Source of the DNA: Macrostomum lignano | Lineage: Eukaryota | Assembly: GCA_002269645.1 (NCBI GenBank) | Contig: NIVC01002013.1 | Span: 149,324 to 213,323 of the forward strand | Direction of reading: 5' to 3' | Length of the DNA: 64,000 nt | Shown here: positions 35,745 through 55,933 of the stretch, in pieces | How positions within the stretch are numbered: the first letter of the stretch is position 1 | Layout: every line of letters begins with the position of its first letter | Translations under genes and position numbers: made by a program | The notes under the pieces: model-generated | What the model was told of the DNA's origin: nothing | Databases searched by the model: none | The model's input: only the letters and a program-made list of their open reading frames with translations

Positions 35745-36050
35745 TCTAAAGCACAGTCAGTAACACGTATAGATAGCAACCACGAGCATCCAACAGACCG
35801 CTCACTCGTCGAGACATTCCCGAACAAGGCGCCGCAGAAAGTCTTGTGGAAGCTGTTGCCACGCGACTGAAAGCGCATTGCGCAGCTGAACCATGTTCTG
35901 GGGGGATAGAGATTGATACACCGAATCATGCGCTTCAGGAAATCCCACACGTGCTCAATCGAGTTCATATCCGGTGATCTGGACGGCCAACGCAGAGTGC
36001 GCCAATCAGTCATTTAGCGGACTACGCTCGTATCGTTGTCATCTGCATCC
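35745..36050 (-). mobile_element. Tc1-family transposase C-terminal fragment
   Basis: WPSRSPDMNSIEHVWDFLKR (Tc1 SPDLNPIE motif), then after a frameshift PQNMVQLRNALSVAWQQLPQDFLRRLV. Confidence 0.88.
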
Positions 36051-36649
36051 AGATGCCTCCAGTAAACCCCTGTACACTCGTTACTGTAACGCTTTTCCCT
36101 GTGACACCAGATATCGGTCTTTACACTTTCCTGCCCTTTTTGCTCATTTGTCTATGGCCCAAAACCAATTGGCGAAACCATCGATCGTGCTGCCCATGGA
36201 CCCTTGGCGCAAGGGTGGACACTTTTAAATGTTGCTGAGTTTATATAGTCAGCCAGATTCGAGGAGTTTATTCAACAGACGAATTCTGCTGGCTAATAAA
36301 GTGGACGCTGTCGATATGGTGCGCGCACTTCGTAATCATGTTGACCTAGTTGTCCGCAATCTGTCAGCTAGCAAAATGGCATTTCACACTGACACCAGCG
36401 GTGCTGCCGTCGACGATCTCGAATAAGGGAGTAGACATGTCCGCTAGATTGTCGCCAATGCCATTGATGGCTTTGAACGCATTATATTGCAATAGGATTT
36501 AAACAAACAGGGCCATAACTCATGCTGAAACTCGATCTCGTTTACGCTTGTAGCTGAACTTTTGTTGAAGTGACCTGCTTAAAACTTTCTTTAAAACTTT
36601 GAATTCTTTTAGTTAATGATCATGGGATGCCAGATGAGACACACGGTGT

Positions 36650-36805
36650 ACATGCTCGTTGTATACACTCAATGTACACACTCAATGTACATATTCAATG
36701 TACACACTCAATGTACACACTTAATGTACATTCAATGTACACAGTAATCACACTCAATTTACACAATCAATGTACATACTCAATGTACACACCCAGTGTA
36801 CACAA
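36650..36805. repeat. Degenerate caatgtacac repeat
   Basis: Direct observation. Confidence 0.8.
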
Positions 36806-37229
36806 TCGACTCTCTCTAAACTGGTTTCCCAAAGATTTGCTTGTTGCTCAACGGTCAATGGGGTTTTGCCATAGACAAAGTCAAGGTACAGGTAAAAAAT
36901 CCGTTAAGAATAGTTAACCTACAGAAAGTGCATTTCTCGCCTCTTTCCCAGTCTCATCCTTTTCCCGAGGAACAGCAACTTCTATGGTAATTTATCGGTT
37001 GTAGGAGTCCTGCTACAGTTGCATTTAACAAATGTAAACTAAACAAAACCAACAACAACATGAAGTTTAACATAGTAAGAAATACGCCGTACACTGTGGA
37101 AGCGTCTTTTAAGCACTCACTCAAAAACGATTTCAACAGTGTTGGTGTTACCGTTGATGTTAGGCCTCATTTTCTTTGCAGGATTAGCTCTCACTACGTG
37201 CTTTGTTCCATAGCTTCAACAGAGAGTTC

Positions 37230-38850
37230 AGGCTCGGTTTTAATAGACTGAATTGATGACTGACCACCAGAAGAGCATGCGATACTTTAACATGGTCTTG
37301 TGCGTGAAACTGAATATAGCGCTCAATAGCTGTCGAAGAGTGTCCTGTCACACATGAGCAATGTCCTCTCTAGCGAAGCCAGCACGGTGTAGAGTACTTG
37401 CGCAAGTCTTGTATAGAGACTGATTACCTTTCAGTCACTCCAGTTAGGGGAGCCGTTAATTCACGAACAACACCGTCCAAGCTGTGACGGCCGACGGGTG
37501 ACAACTAGTAGCAGGATTCGTTGTTGCGGATTCTTTACTTTCAAAATATCTTAACACTCTAGATCTAAGTCGTCTTGCATTGTAAAATGTTACTGTTATG
37601 TATGTAGGAGACAAAAAAAATGGATGAACTGCTGTTATAGTTAGCCTAGGCTTGTTGAAACGGGGAGAAACGCACGGCATCCCGCCCGCTGCAATAATCT
37701 ATGGCCAACTTCAATAAGTAAAAAACTCGTATGCATATAAGTATCTAGTTAATGTTTCTACAACTTGTATATTTTAAAAGTAAAGCTTAGTGCTGCTTAA
37801 TAATTCTTAGTATCAGTTACTATTTTTTCAATTCGCAAAATAAGGAGTTTTGGCCATAGACAATTTTGGATTTCATTATTTCTTTGTCTTGTGTGCTGGT
37901 GTGCTAATGTGGGGGCTCCGCTACGCGCCTCAGCGTTATAGCTCATTTCTGCCCTCTGCAGCCCATCAATATTGGTATCAATATGAGACCGGGAGTGAAC
38001 GTAATTTATTTGCTTTTTGGCAGTCACCATACAAACAGCTAAGGAGAAATTAGGCAATAAACCAGAAGCAGAATAGCATATCGAAATGTTTAGTCCATCA
38101 CTGAAGTCAGCCTGGCGGACTGCGGCAGGAATCGATGGTGCCATCACAGTGAAATCCAAGGGGTCAGATGCAACCCAAGGGGTGAAGAAGGAGAGCTGGC
38201 TGAGGGTCAGAGGGTTAGAGCGATATCTGAAGGCTTTCACACTCAGTCTCATATTGAGCGTCTTATTCTCATTTTGATATTCCATTTTTTAGTCTATGGC
38301 CAAGCCATTCCTGCAGCCAAGACTGGGCATGATCTGGCCGTGGCTAGCCTGGCCTTGCTTGCGATCCTATGCAGTCTTATTTTGAATGTCTAAAGTCTTA
38401 TCTAGAGCGTCAAAAGCGATATATTAGGTTCACAACATTTTAGCCAGTCAGTCACATAGTTTGTGCCACAGACTAACTGTACTGGATATTGATGCGTCTT
38501 CGGCTTTCTGTAGGCTTCGCCTCGGCCTGAGAAATGCATCCTCGGACTTCCTTTTCCATAGCCACACTAGGAAAAGGATGAGAATGTATACATGGCAACA
38601 ACCGAGATTTCTTTGAACTTGGAGCTCGCTTGCATTTACAAGAAAAAAGTCTAGATAAACTTGCAATGCGGCAGGTGTTTGCTTGCTCCATTCTGGAAAC
38701 CCGGAAAAGTCCAGAAGATAAGATTTATTGACAACTTGGCGCCACAAAAAAAGATGAAAACTTCCCATTTTGCCAATGTAGCGAAATTCGCACGATTTGC
38801 CAGCGCAGAATCCTTCTGCATCAGCTCACCCAGCAACCAATGAGAACTCT
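37230..38850 (-). pseudogene. Second, decayed Crypton-type tyrosine recombinase (core 37230-37705 well supported, upstream part tentative)
   Basis: Minus-strand pieces IIAAGGMPCV, FYNARRL, CY*LSPVGRHSLDGVVRELT and KGNQSLYKTCASTLHRAGFAREDIAHVTGHSSTAIERYI, with stops and frameshifts. Possible RG motif LMGCRGQ near 37940 and N-terminal-like QVYLDFFLVNA near 38640. Confidence 0.75.
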
Positions 38851-38962
38851 AAAAGCCTCTGAGTCTGCTGACAAACTCTTTATCTCCAGCTGCAAGTTGA
38901 GCAAATCAATCCCCTGATCATGGTAACTAAAATCTCAGAGCTTCAATGCAGAGTCCGATACG

Positions 38963-45420
<6,458 letters not shown>

Positions 45421-46094
45421 AAGTGACCTAGTTGGAACCTTTTGTTCGCATAATTAATTGCTTTATTCACTCACATCTGTACACAGCGTGCAGGTTTCAA
45501 TGCAACACATTTGAATTCATTACTTAGTCCCAATGGTCATTAAAAAATGGATGAAAATTAACTGAACCTGTAAATCGAGTCCAAGTCCCACCCCGAACCG
45601 CAATAGTTTTTGTTGTTAATTATTCATCCTTAAATGTGATTGGCTGTTGAAAACGCTAAAAATTCCCAGAAATGATGAGATACTCGTAATTGAATATATA
45701 ATAATTTTGTTGATCATTTTCTTTGCAAGATTTCTTGGCACAGAATTATATGAGTAACGAGTTTTAGAATGTTGTTGAAATGGTTTATTTTATAAAGCAT
45801 ATGTTCTAGGTAAAACCAGTGGGTAAAACGAATAAAGACATAAACGAGCAAAAGGTTCAAAGATAATTTTTTGTTAACCAAGCAATACAGAAGCCATTTG
45901 CATCGAAGAAATTTGCAAGCAAAAATGACACAACTCGGAGACAGACATAACTGAGTGTACAAAAATTGGATTGATATTGTATGTATTACGGTAGGTTAAA
46001 ACCAAATTTAATAATTAATTTCGACAGTCCTGCTGTGACTGATACGAATTTTAAAGTTGGAAGTGGGTCACTGTTTCAATTAAAGAGGTGATCA

Positions 46095-46265
46095 GTCTGG
46101 GCCGGGTGTATATTGATGGGGTAGTGGGTGAGGGCTATTCTGGGCCGGGTGTATATTGATGGGGTGGTGGGTGAGGGCTGGGCCGGGGGTACATTGATGG
46201 GGTGGTGGGTGAGGGCTAGGCCGGGGGTACATTGATGGGGTGGTGGGTGGGTGAGGGCTAGTCTG
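46095..46265. repeat. Repeat of about 33 bp (ggccgggtgtatattgatggggtggtgggtgagggct)
   Basis: About 5 copies. Confidence 0.85.
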
Positions 46266-47127
46266 GACCGGGTATACGTCAATAGGCCGGATGCATAATG
46301 TCAATTCGAAGAAAAAACCTGGCTTAATCCATATACGAGCACTAAAAATGAGTTGTCTGTGACTAAGAAAAAAACAGGCTTAACTGAATCTAAAAAGCAG
46401 AACCACCAGATGCGAGTGAAACGCAAGCACAAAACAATACTGAAAACTTTACTATATAGTTCAGTTTGACAGACAAAATCTGAAATAAAAGTCAAACACA
46501 TTAAGAGATCATTTGCGCATAAAGATCGAAGGAATTCCAAAGCAATAAAACAATTTTATGAGTGACAGAATAAGAAATCAAGTCAGAAACATAAGAAATA
46601 TACGAAATAAAGCAATTAGGATAAGAAAAATGATCAAAATTTGCTGATAGATAATAATAAAAATCCACAGCACTCAGTCAAAAGTAGAGAGTAGCTGATA
46701 TAATATCAAATAAATCAAGAGCAGTCATTATTGCAATATTTTTTTAATTCTATAATAATAATAATGTCAAAACATCAGCAATGGTGAGTAGCGGCTTATA
46801 AAATTTGAAGACCTGTCTCCAAGTCAAGTCAGTAAAAAATGGCAGTAGATTATAAAATTGTAGGCACCTTAAAAATTCTACAGCCTATAGAAGGATTTAC
46901 AGGATAAGTATTGTAAAATGGGAACTTCAACACTCGAGAGTATAAACTTGAGACCTGTGCTACGGTTTGATTGTCTTAGATGTTAGACAGATAAAACAGA
47001 ACACAACAAAACAGAACACAACAAAACAGAACAGCCGTTTAAATAGGGTTATAGCAAACAAGAAACTACTTTATTTTGATTATTCGCTTTACTTGAAAAA
47101 GTAAAAACCTGTTACATATACTGGAAA

Positions 47128-47590
47128 TTTGTTAGATATGGGTGCAAACCTTTTAGATATGGGTGGAAACCTTTTAGATATGGGTGGAAACCTTTTAGAT
47201 ATGGGTGGAAACCCTACGGGTGGAAACCTGTTAGATATGGGTGGAAACCTGTTAGATATAGGTGAAACCCTGTTAGATATGGGTGAAAACCTGTTAGATA
47301 TAGGTGAAACCCCGTTAGATATGGGTGGAAACCTGTTAGATATGGGTGGAAACCCGTTAGATATGGGTGGAAACCTGTTAGATATGGGTGGACACCCGTT
47401 AGATATGGGTGGAAACCCGTTAGATATGGGTGGAAACCTGTTAGATATGGGTGGACACCCGTTAGATATGGGTGGAAACCTGTTAGATATGGGTGGAAAC
47501 CTGTTAGATATGGGTGGAAACCTGTTAGATATGGGCGGAAACCTGTTAGATATGGGTGGAAACCTGTTAGATATGGGTGGAAACCTGTTA
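47128..47590. repeat. 21-bp minisatellite ttagatatgggtggaaacctg
   Basis: About 22 copies. Confidence 0.95.
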
Positions 47591-47929
47591 TTGTTAATGT
47601 ATTAAACACGGGCGAATCAATCAAAGCAATCGAATTGAAAAGAAACATGTTGCTTCACGCAGACTCAGAAAAGTGCCGAGTCAAAAAAGCAAGACACAAT
47701 GGAATTGTGCGCTGGAATAAACAGACAGGAAGAAAGACAGATAGCAGAGACAGAGCCATTAAATGTTGAAAACACCTGCTGTGTAAAAATACAATGACAG
47801 AGAAATATGTACAAACAGTAAGGAGTAGAGCATTTACAACTAATATAAGTACAGCGAAGCTTTATTTCTTTGAAAAAAACCAGCTGAAGTTAGGACGCAA
47901 AATATGGGGACAATTGCGAATTGATTGGG

Positions 47930-48725
47930 GTCATTTGAGGACAACATGAACGGTCGTTTTTAAGGATAATATGAGAGGGGTCATTTGAGGATACAATGGA
48001 GAGGTCATTCAAGGACACGATCAAGGGGTCATATGAGGACACGGACAATGGGTCATAAGAAAACACGGCCAAGGGGTCATTTGAGGATACAATGGAGGTC
48101 ATTCAAGGATACGATCAAGGGGTCATATGAGGACACGGTGAAGGGGTCATTCAAGGACACGATCAAGGGGTCATATGAGGACACGGTGAAGGGGTCATTC
48201 AAGGACACGATCAAGGGGTCATATGAGGACACGGACAATGGGTCATAAGAAAACACGGCCAAGGGGTCATTTGAGGATACAATGGAGAGGTCATTCAAGG
48301 ACACGATCAAGGGGTCATATGAGGACACGGACAATGGGTCATAAGAAAACACGGCCAAGGGGTCATTTGAGGATACAATGGAGGTCATTCAAGGATACGA
48401 TCAAGGGGTCATATGAGGACACGGTGAAGGGGTCATTCAAGGACACGATCAAGGGGTCATATGAGGACACGGACAATGGGTCATAAGAAAACACGGCCAA
48501 GGGGTCATTTGAGGATACAATGGAGGTCATTCAAGGATACGATCAAGGGGTCATATGAGGACACGGTGAAGGGGTCATATGAGGACACGGTGAAGGGGTC
48601 ATATGAGGACACGGTGAAGAGGTTATATGAGGACGCGGCCAAGGGGTCATATGAGGATACGATGAAGAGGTCATTCGAGGACACGATCAAGGGGTCATAT
48701 GAGAACACAGCGTCGGGGTCATGCA
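47930..48725. repeat. Higher-order minisatellite with core gga(c/t)ac..aaggggtcat
   Basis: Short units are grouped into larger repeating blocks. Confidence 0.9.
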
Positions 48726-48936
48726 CGAACACACTAAAAGGCAATAATAGATGCACTAAACGCTGACATTCCAGTCAACAATGGATTTCTCAGGGCAGGA
48801 CTCGAAGCCGATCAGAGAATCGACGCCAGGATCCGCGCGACATCAAACTTAACCGGGCCTGAGGAGAGAAAATAACAACAAATGCTTAACATTCTATTAA
48901 AAGCAACTTTAGGGCAGCAAGCATTAGGATAATCTT

Positions 48937-51900
48937 CTATATTACAATCCTATGCTTTTTCTTATGTAAGGTTGAATTGCAATATTTGAAGGCCTTTACC
49001 GGATCAATGACGGCTTCGGGTTCGCCAGCGTCGCCAGATTCGCCGACTGGGGAGGCCGCGGCGGCGGGTGCCAGCCGGCGCTGCTTGGCGGCAGCAGAGC
49101 TGGCGGACTTTGCCCAGCTGAACATGATTGGACGCCACTTCAGGCCCAAACTGCGACTGTTGCCATTGTCAAAGTCGTTTTCATCGCCAGCTTCAGGGAC
49201 GACGACTTCAGCGGCTGGCTCGTCGCCTCCGCCACCGCTGCTGCTGCTGCTGACTTGCTCGTTGGCTTGGCCACCAGTTGCTGCCGTGGTCTTGGCCGAA
49301 GTCGTTGGCCAGCAGTTGCGCTTCGAACCGACGGCCGACTGGGTAAACTGCGATAAAGTTCGAAGACCACCGATCCGCTTAGCAACTAGAGACTGACGCT
49401 GATTCGAGCTGTCAATCATTCTAGCTCTGCTGCTGCTGTTAGAATCCTCCTCAGTTTTGGCCAAATCGTTAGCCAATAAGCCAACAGCTTGGCCAACAAC
49501 AGTGTCCACAGCTGGAAAGACATTGGACGATTCTGGCGGCGATTCTGACCAGGTAGGCCTGGAACTCGGCTGTTGGAGCAGCAGCGACTCGCCTCGGGCG
49601 ATGACCGACGCCAGCTCGGATTCGACCGAGCTCAATTCGCCCGCTATTAGCGACTCCATCGATTGCGTCACGTCTTGGATTGACTGATCGGCTACGAAGG
49701 TGTCCGCCTCGGAGGATGTCGACACGCGACGGGGCTGAGTCTCAGACGCTGTGGTCGTTGGTGCTGCCGGAGGCTCCGGCGCTGTAGTCGCTGGTGCTGC
49801 CGGAGGCTCCGACGGTGTAGTCCTTCGTGCTGATGGAGGCTCCGGCGCTGTAGTCGCTGGTGCTGCCGGAGGCTCCGGCGCTGTAGTCGCTGGTGCTGCC
49901 GGAGGCTCCGACGGTGTAGTCCTTGGTGCTGATGGAGGCTCCGACGCTGTAGTCGTTGGTGCTGATGGAGGCTCCGACACTGTAGTCGTTGGTGCTGAAG
50001 GAGGTTCCGACGGTGTAGTCGTTGGTGCTGATGGAGGCTCCGACGCTGTAGTCGTTGGTGCTGAAGGAGGCTCCGACGCTGTAGTCGTTGGTGCTGATGG
50101 AGGCTCCGGCGCTGTAGTCGCTGGTGCTGCCGGAGGCTCCGACGGTGCAGTCCTTGGTGCTGATGGAGGCTCCGACGCTGTAGTCGTTGGTGCTGATGGA
50201 GGCTGCGACGCTGTAGTCGTTGGTGCTGAAGGAGGCTCCGACGCTGTAGTCGTTGGTGCTGATGAAGGCTCCGACGCTGTAGTCGCTGGTGCTGATGGAG
50301 GCTCCGACGCTATCGTTGGTGCTGGAGGGGGCGGAGGTGGCGGCGGCGGAAAAGAGGAAATTGAAGGCGGCGGCGGAGGATCAGAGTCCAGCCGAGATTC
50401 GAATCGAATAAGCAGCTTCAGCGAATGCGACACGTCCAAGTCTATCATCTCGTTTGATGACGGCGGCAGTGGTGGAGGCGGAGGCCGCGGCGGCCTTGGC
50501 AGCAAGGGGCGCAGCTGCCTACGCCTGGCCTTGGTGTCGCCAACCGGCTGCACGGAGGCGTACTTCCGACACAAGCCGCACTGGCTGGGACTGACGACGG
50601 CCGCTCCCGCGTAGGGGACGAACTCGCGACTATCAGCTGGCGCAGCCGATCCCGACTGTGGATTGCTAGTGGACAAGTCGGCGACGCCGACACTGCAGGC
50701 GGCAATGACGGTGGACAGTCGGCTGTAGGCATCGGCAAGGGCAGCTGGCACGGTGTACTCCTGACTGGGGTCGGTAGTGTCCAGACGCATCAGCGGATCG
50801 GGACAGTCGCTGCTTGACGGCTGTTCCAGCAGGATGCAGGCTTCATCATTGCTGGCGTCCTTATCAACAGCGCCGTTGCTATCCTCGCCGCCGATGACGT
50901 GTTCCGGACCGACTAAACTTAAAGCGCAGTCGTTAACAAGGTCGTCAACCACTTCTAGATTGTCCAGATCGATGCTGCAAGAGTCGTCCTCCTCGTCGTC
51001 TTGTACAGCGCCGCCGTTCTGTTCAATGCTGGACGGATCAACAGTCTCGCAGGCTTCGGTAAAATCTTGTTGACTATCCGGTTCCGGGCGGTCGGCCTCC
51101 GCCTGCTCATCGGCTTTACGTGTGTCGGGTGTTGGGTCAGTTGCTAACAAACTAGCGTTCCGGTCCGCGCCCAAATCAATGACAATATTGCGGCAGAACA
51201 GGCCGGAAGCAGGGTACAGGACTTCCTCGGATTTCTGCTGCTGCTGGCGGCGGTCTGTTGAAGTGGTGTCAGAGCATTATTTACGGTTCTTAATGAGATC
51301 GAAGGGCGATTCTTAAATGAGATTGAAGGGCGATTCTCAGGTGGGATTGAAGGGCGATTCTTAAATGAGATCGAAGGGCGATTCTTAAATGGGATCGAAG
51401 GGCAATTCTTAAATGAGATCGAAGGGCGATTCTTAAATAAGATCGAAGGGCGATTCTTGAATGAGATCGAAGGGCGATTCCTAAATGAGATCGAAGGGCG
51501 ATTCTTGAATGAGATCGAAGGGCGATTCTTAAATGAGATCGAAGGGCGATTCTTAAATGAGATCGAAGGGCGATTCTTGAATGAGATCGAAGGGCGATTC
51601 TTGAATGAGATCGAAGGGCGATTCCTAAATGAGATCGAAGGGCGATTCTTAAATGAGATCCAAGGGCGATTCTTGAATGAGATCGAAGGGCGATTCTTGA
51701 ATGAGATCGAAGGGCGATTCTTGAATGAGATCGAAGGGCGATTCTTGAATGAGATCGAAGGCCGATTCTTAAATGAGATCGAAGGGCGATTCTTAAATGA
51801 GATCCAAGGGCGATTCTTGAATGAGATCGAAGGGCGATTCTTGAATGAGATCGAAGGGCGATTCTTGAATGAGATCGAAGGGCGATTTTTGAATGAGATC

Positions 51901-54900
51901 GAAGGGCGATTCTTAAATGAGATCGAAGGCCGATTCTTGAATGAGATCGAAGGGCGATTCTTGAATGAGATCGAAGGGCGATTCTTGAATGAGATCGAAG
52001 GGCGATTCTTGAATGAGATCCAAGGGCGATTCTTGAATGAGATCGAAGGGCGATTCTTGAATGAGATCGAAGGGCGATTCTTGAATGAGATCGAAGGGCG
52101 ATTCTTGAATGAGATCGAAGGGCGATTCTTGAATGAGATCGAAGGGCGATTCTTGAATGAGATCGAAGGGCGATTCCTAATGAAGATTGAATCAAATTGC
52201 TGGAGCTCATTAAGGGGTCATGCAAGGACACAAAGGGCGATTATTAAAAGAATTTGTTAAGAATTTGTTGTACCTTCCGTTTCGCTCCCGCTGCAACTGC
52301 TGATGGAAGCGGACGCGCTCCTCTTTCTAGAAACTTTCGTGTTGGCCTCCAGCGCGTCCAGGTAGCGCGCCAACGCCAGCCGGACGAACTGGCGCATATC
52401 CTTGTCGCCGCTGGCAGTCTCCACAACGCTGGACTGCCCGTCCAGCCCGTTAGAACTGGAAGCTACGCCCGCGTCAGCGAGGCAGCGCAGATACCAGCGC
52501 CGGCTGCTGGTCCAAACCGCGCGTGGGCCCTCTGGATTGAGTAGGTTGGAGGACTATGCAATGAGCTGTGATGTCTAGTATACATTGCTTTGGGTGGCGT
52601 GAAGATTTGAACAGAGTCTAAGGCGGATAGGTGACCATAGAAAGCATTGTGCACCATTGGAGGCAAGGCCCTAGACACCTGTGTCTGAGCTGGGGTCTCG
52701 ACCCTAGAGTGTCTGAGCTGGGGTCTTGACCCTAGACTGTGTCTGAGCTGGGTCTTGACCCTAGACTGTGTCTGAGCTGGGTCTTGACCCAAGACAGCGC
52801 GTCTAAGCTGAGGTTTTGACCCTAGACAGCGCGTCTAAGCTGTGGTCTTGACCCTAGACAGTGTCTGAGCTGGGGTTTCGACCCTAGACAGTGTCTGAGC
52901 TGGGGTTTCGACCCTAGACATTGTGTCTGAGCTGGGGTTATGTCAAAAAACAGAGTCCAAAATGGGCCATGATTTTAAAAGCATATCTAAGGTGGGGTTA
53001 TATGACCCTAAAAGCGACATTAAGGGCTGACTAAAAGCAGTGACAACCACGCGCCCAAAGAAATTCAAGCAGGCTTATAGAATGAGTTTGTGAAGTATGC
53101 AAAAACACTACTTCTAAACAGTAGTATAATGCAGATATACCCGCCATCGATTGGTAATAAAAATTTAGTTACAGACTAGGATAACTATTGGGTTCAGGAT
53201 GACTCACAAATAAACAGACAAACGGGACTAAAATAAAATGAATTATAGTCATACCTCAGCTGTTAAATATTCAATGCCTAAAAATATTATAGATATTCAC
53301 CTCATCAATAGTAATGATTTCTGCTGGACCTGGACAACAAGGAAAAAGCGTTAAACACTGAACAATCCGAGTAAAAATATACAATTTATATGGAGAAAAA
53401 AATCAATATAGTCTTACGATACAAAAATATAATTCCACAAATTTGAGTTATTATTAATTAAACCAGAATGACAATCGGACACATTAACGTCATTCGACTG
53501 ACGACGATTTAGATTAACGTTCGAGTTTGGGCTAGGGTTGACAGTCAAACGTCACTGACAGTCAATTGTCACCCTGGCAGTCAAATTTCACTGACAGTCA
53601 AATCACCTTTACAGTCAAATTATCACTGACATTCAAATGCCACTGACAGTCAATTGTCACTGACAGTCAATTGTCACTGACAGTCAAATTTCACCTTGAC
53701 AGTCAAATTATTACTGACAGTCAAATGTCACTGACAGACAATTGTCACTGACAGTCATTTGTCACTGACAGTGAATTATAACTGACAGTCAATTATCACT
53801 GACAGTCAAATTATCACTAACAGTTAATTGTCACTGACAGTCAAATTATCACTAACAGTTAATTGTCACTGACAGTCAAATTATCACTAACAGTTAATTG
53901 TCACTGACAGTGAAATTGCCTTAGACCCGAATGAAAACCTAGAAGATAAAAATTTCCCAGAAAGCCCAGCTCACCGTGCTGATTGGCAGCAGACAGCCAG
54001 AGATTAATTAGCAGATCGGACACGGAGCACAACAGCGAATAGGTGGAATCTGGCAGCGCGCTCAACAGGCCTGGGGCGGACACTGGGGACTCAGCAGGTG
54101 AGGAGGAGGCGGCAGCGGCGGCGAACTGAGACCGTCGAGCTCGAGCGCAGTTGAGGCGGGATAGCCGACCGGGACTGTCTAACAGGCTGCCGCCAGCAGG
54201 TATCTCCCCGGCTGACAAAAATGCGAAAAAAGATTAAATAAACTTCACAATAGCAATTCAGTCCGCTCAATGTTTATGTCTCTTCTCAGCTCTCTTCTGT
54301 TTTCTCCTCTCCCTCTATCTACTCTTCTCTCTTCTAGCCCGCAGTCATGCGCTAGGTTTGCCGACCCCCGATTTAGTAGATAGGCACTCTAATTTCCTGT
54401 CATTGGAGCTACTCACATTGATATTTCTGCATTGCCGCAGTCAGTTCAACGCTAAGGCAATGTTCGAGGCCTCTTAACTCGGCTGGGAGGCCGGCTCTAG
54501 CTGACTCATCTCCTGTATCTGCGCTGTCAGATGCGCCAACGGTAGACGCAACGGCGGCGAAACGACGACGCAATCGGCGTAATATTTGTTCGGCATCTTC
54601 GCAGGTTCGACAGGACAGCGACATTAGCCAGGCTGCGGTGAGGGAGCACGTGTAGGAAATGCTTGGGGCCTAGTTAGATGCTTTTGTGAATGTTTCTTTT
54701 TATTTATTACCTAATTCTCTTTATCGGTGCTTCAGTAGCCGCTAATCCCTCACTCTGATGCTTCAGCAGCCGCTAATCCCTCACTCTGATGCTTCAGTAG
54801 CCGCTAATCCCTCACTCAGATGCTTCAGTAGCCGCTAATCCCTCACTCTGATGCTTCAGTAGCCGCTAATCCCTCACTCAGATGCTTCAGTAGCCGCTAA

Positions 54901-55933
54901 TCCCTCACTCAGATGCTTCAGCAGCCGCTAATCCCTCACTCTTGATGCTTCAGCAGCCGCTAATCCCTCACTCTTGATGCTTCAGCAGCCGCTAATCCCT
55001 CACTCAGATGCTTCAGCAGCCGCTAATCCCTCAGTCTGATGCTTCAGCAGCCGCTAATCCCTCACTCTTGATGCTTCAGCAGCCGCTAATCCCTCACTCA
55101 GATGCTTCAGCAGCCGCTAATCCCTCACTCTTGATGCTTCAGCAGCCGCTAATCCCTCACTCTTGATGCTTCAGCAGCCGCTAATCCCTCACTCAGATGC
55201 TTCAGCAGCCGCTAATCCCTCAGTCTGATGCTTCAGCAGCCGCTAATCCCTCACTCTTGATGCTTCAGCAGCCGCTAATCCCTCACTCTGATGCTTCAGT
55301 AGCCGCGAATCCCTCACTCAGATGCTTCAGTAGCCGCTAATCCCTCACTCTTGATGCTTCAGCAGCCGCTAATCCTTCACTCTGATGCTTCAGCAGCCGC
55401 TAATCCTTCACTCTGATGCTTCAGCAGCCGCTAATCCCTCACTCTTGATGCTTCAGTAGCCGCTAATCCCTTACTCTGATGCTCCAGTAGCCACTAATAC
55501 CTCACTCTGATGCTTCAGCAGCCGCTAATCCCTCAGTCTGATGCTACACTAGTCGCTAATCCCTTATTTTGCTGCTTCACTAGTCGCTAATCCCTCAATC
55601 GCCCAGCATATTCATAAATCATAATATCAACTTACGAACAGACGCTGGCCATTCAAATCTTCGCATTCGATTTAAACATTTCGCCTGCGATTTAGTCAAA
55701 TTAGCCGATAGCTCGGATAGGCAGTCTGCAGGCATTCAAAGGAATTAAAGGTGCACAGGTTAGAACAGACACATTTAAACATTGTCTAGGCATCTGGTTT
55801 ATTAGAGTAGTACAGTTTACTAACCTTCAAATTCAATTTGTTGCGATGGTTGCAGTCCTGGTAGAGATGACAGCCTACCTTCACCACTTTCATCAGCTTG
55901 TTTAGCTGTCAAATTGTCATCTGATTCAGTCAT
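48937..55933 (-). CDS. Large orphan protein with acidic, poly-Pro and 11-aa PTTTASEPPSA repeat regions; exons 55825-55933, 55636-55725, 54417-54632, 53975-54211, 52274-52531, 48937-51254
   Basis: Five GT-AG introns, all phase 1, join in frame (FE|D, SV|P, YQ|S, QH|E, TE|D). The final exon holds the 745-aa ORF. No family recognised; a further upstream exon is possible. Confidence 0.8.
51285..52180. repeat. 24-bp intronic minisatellite ttgaatgagatcgaagggcgattc
   Basis: Fills intron 51255-52273. Confidence 0.97.
52670..55590. repeat. Three further intronic arrays: about 30 bp (52670-52940), about 22 bp (53540-53910) and 32-33 bp (54725-55590)
   Basis: Cores gggtcttgaccctagactgtgtctgagct, tgtcactgacagtcaaat and gatgcttcagcagccgctaatccctcactct. 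Confidence 0.92.
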
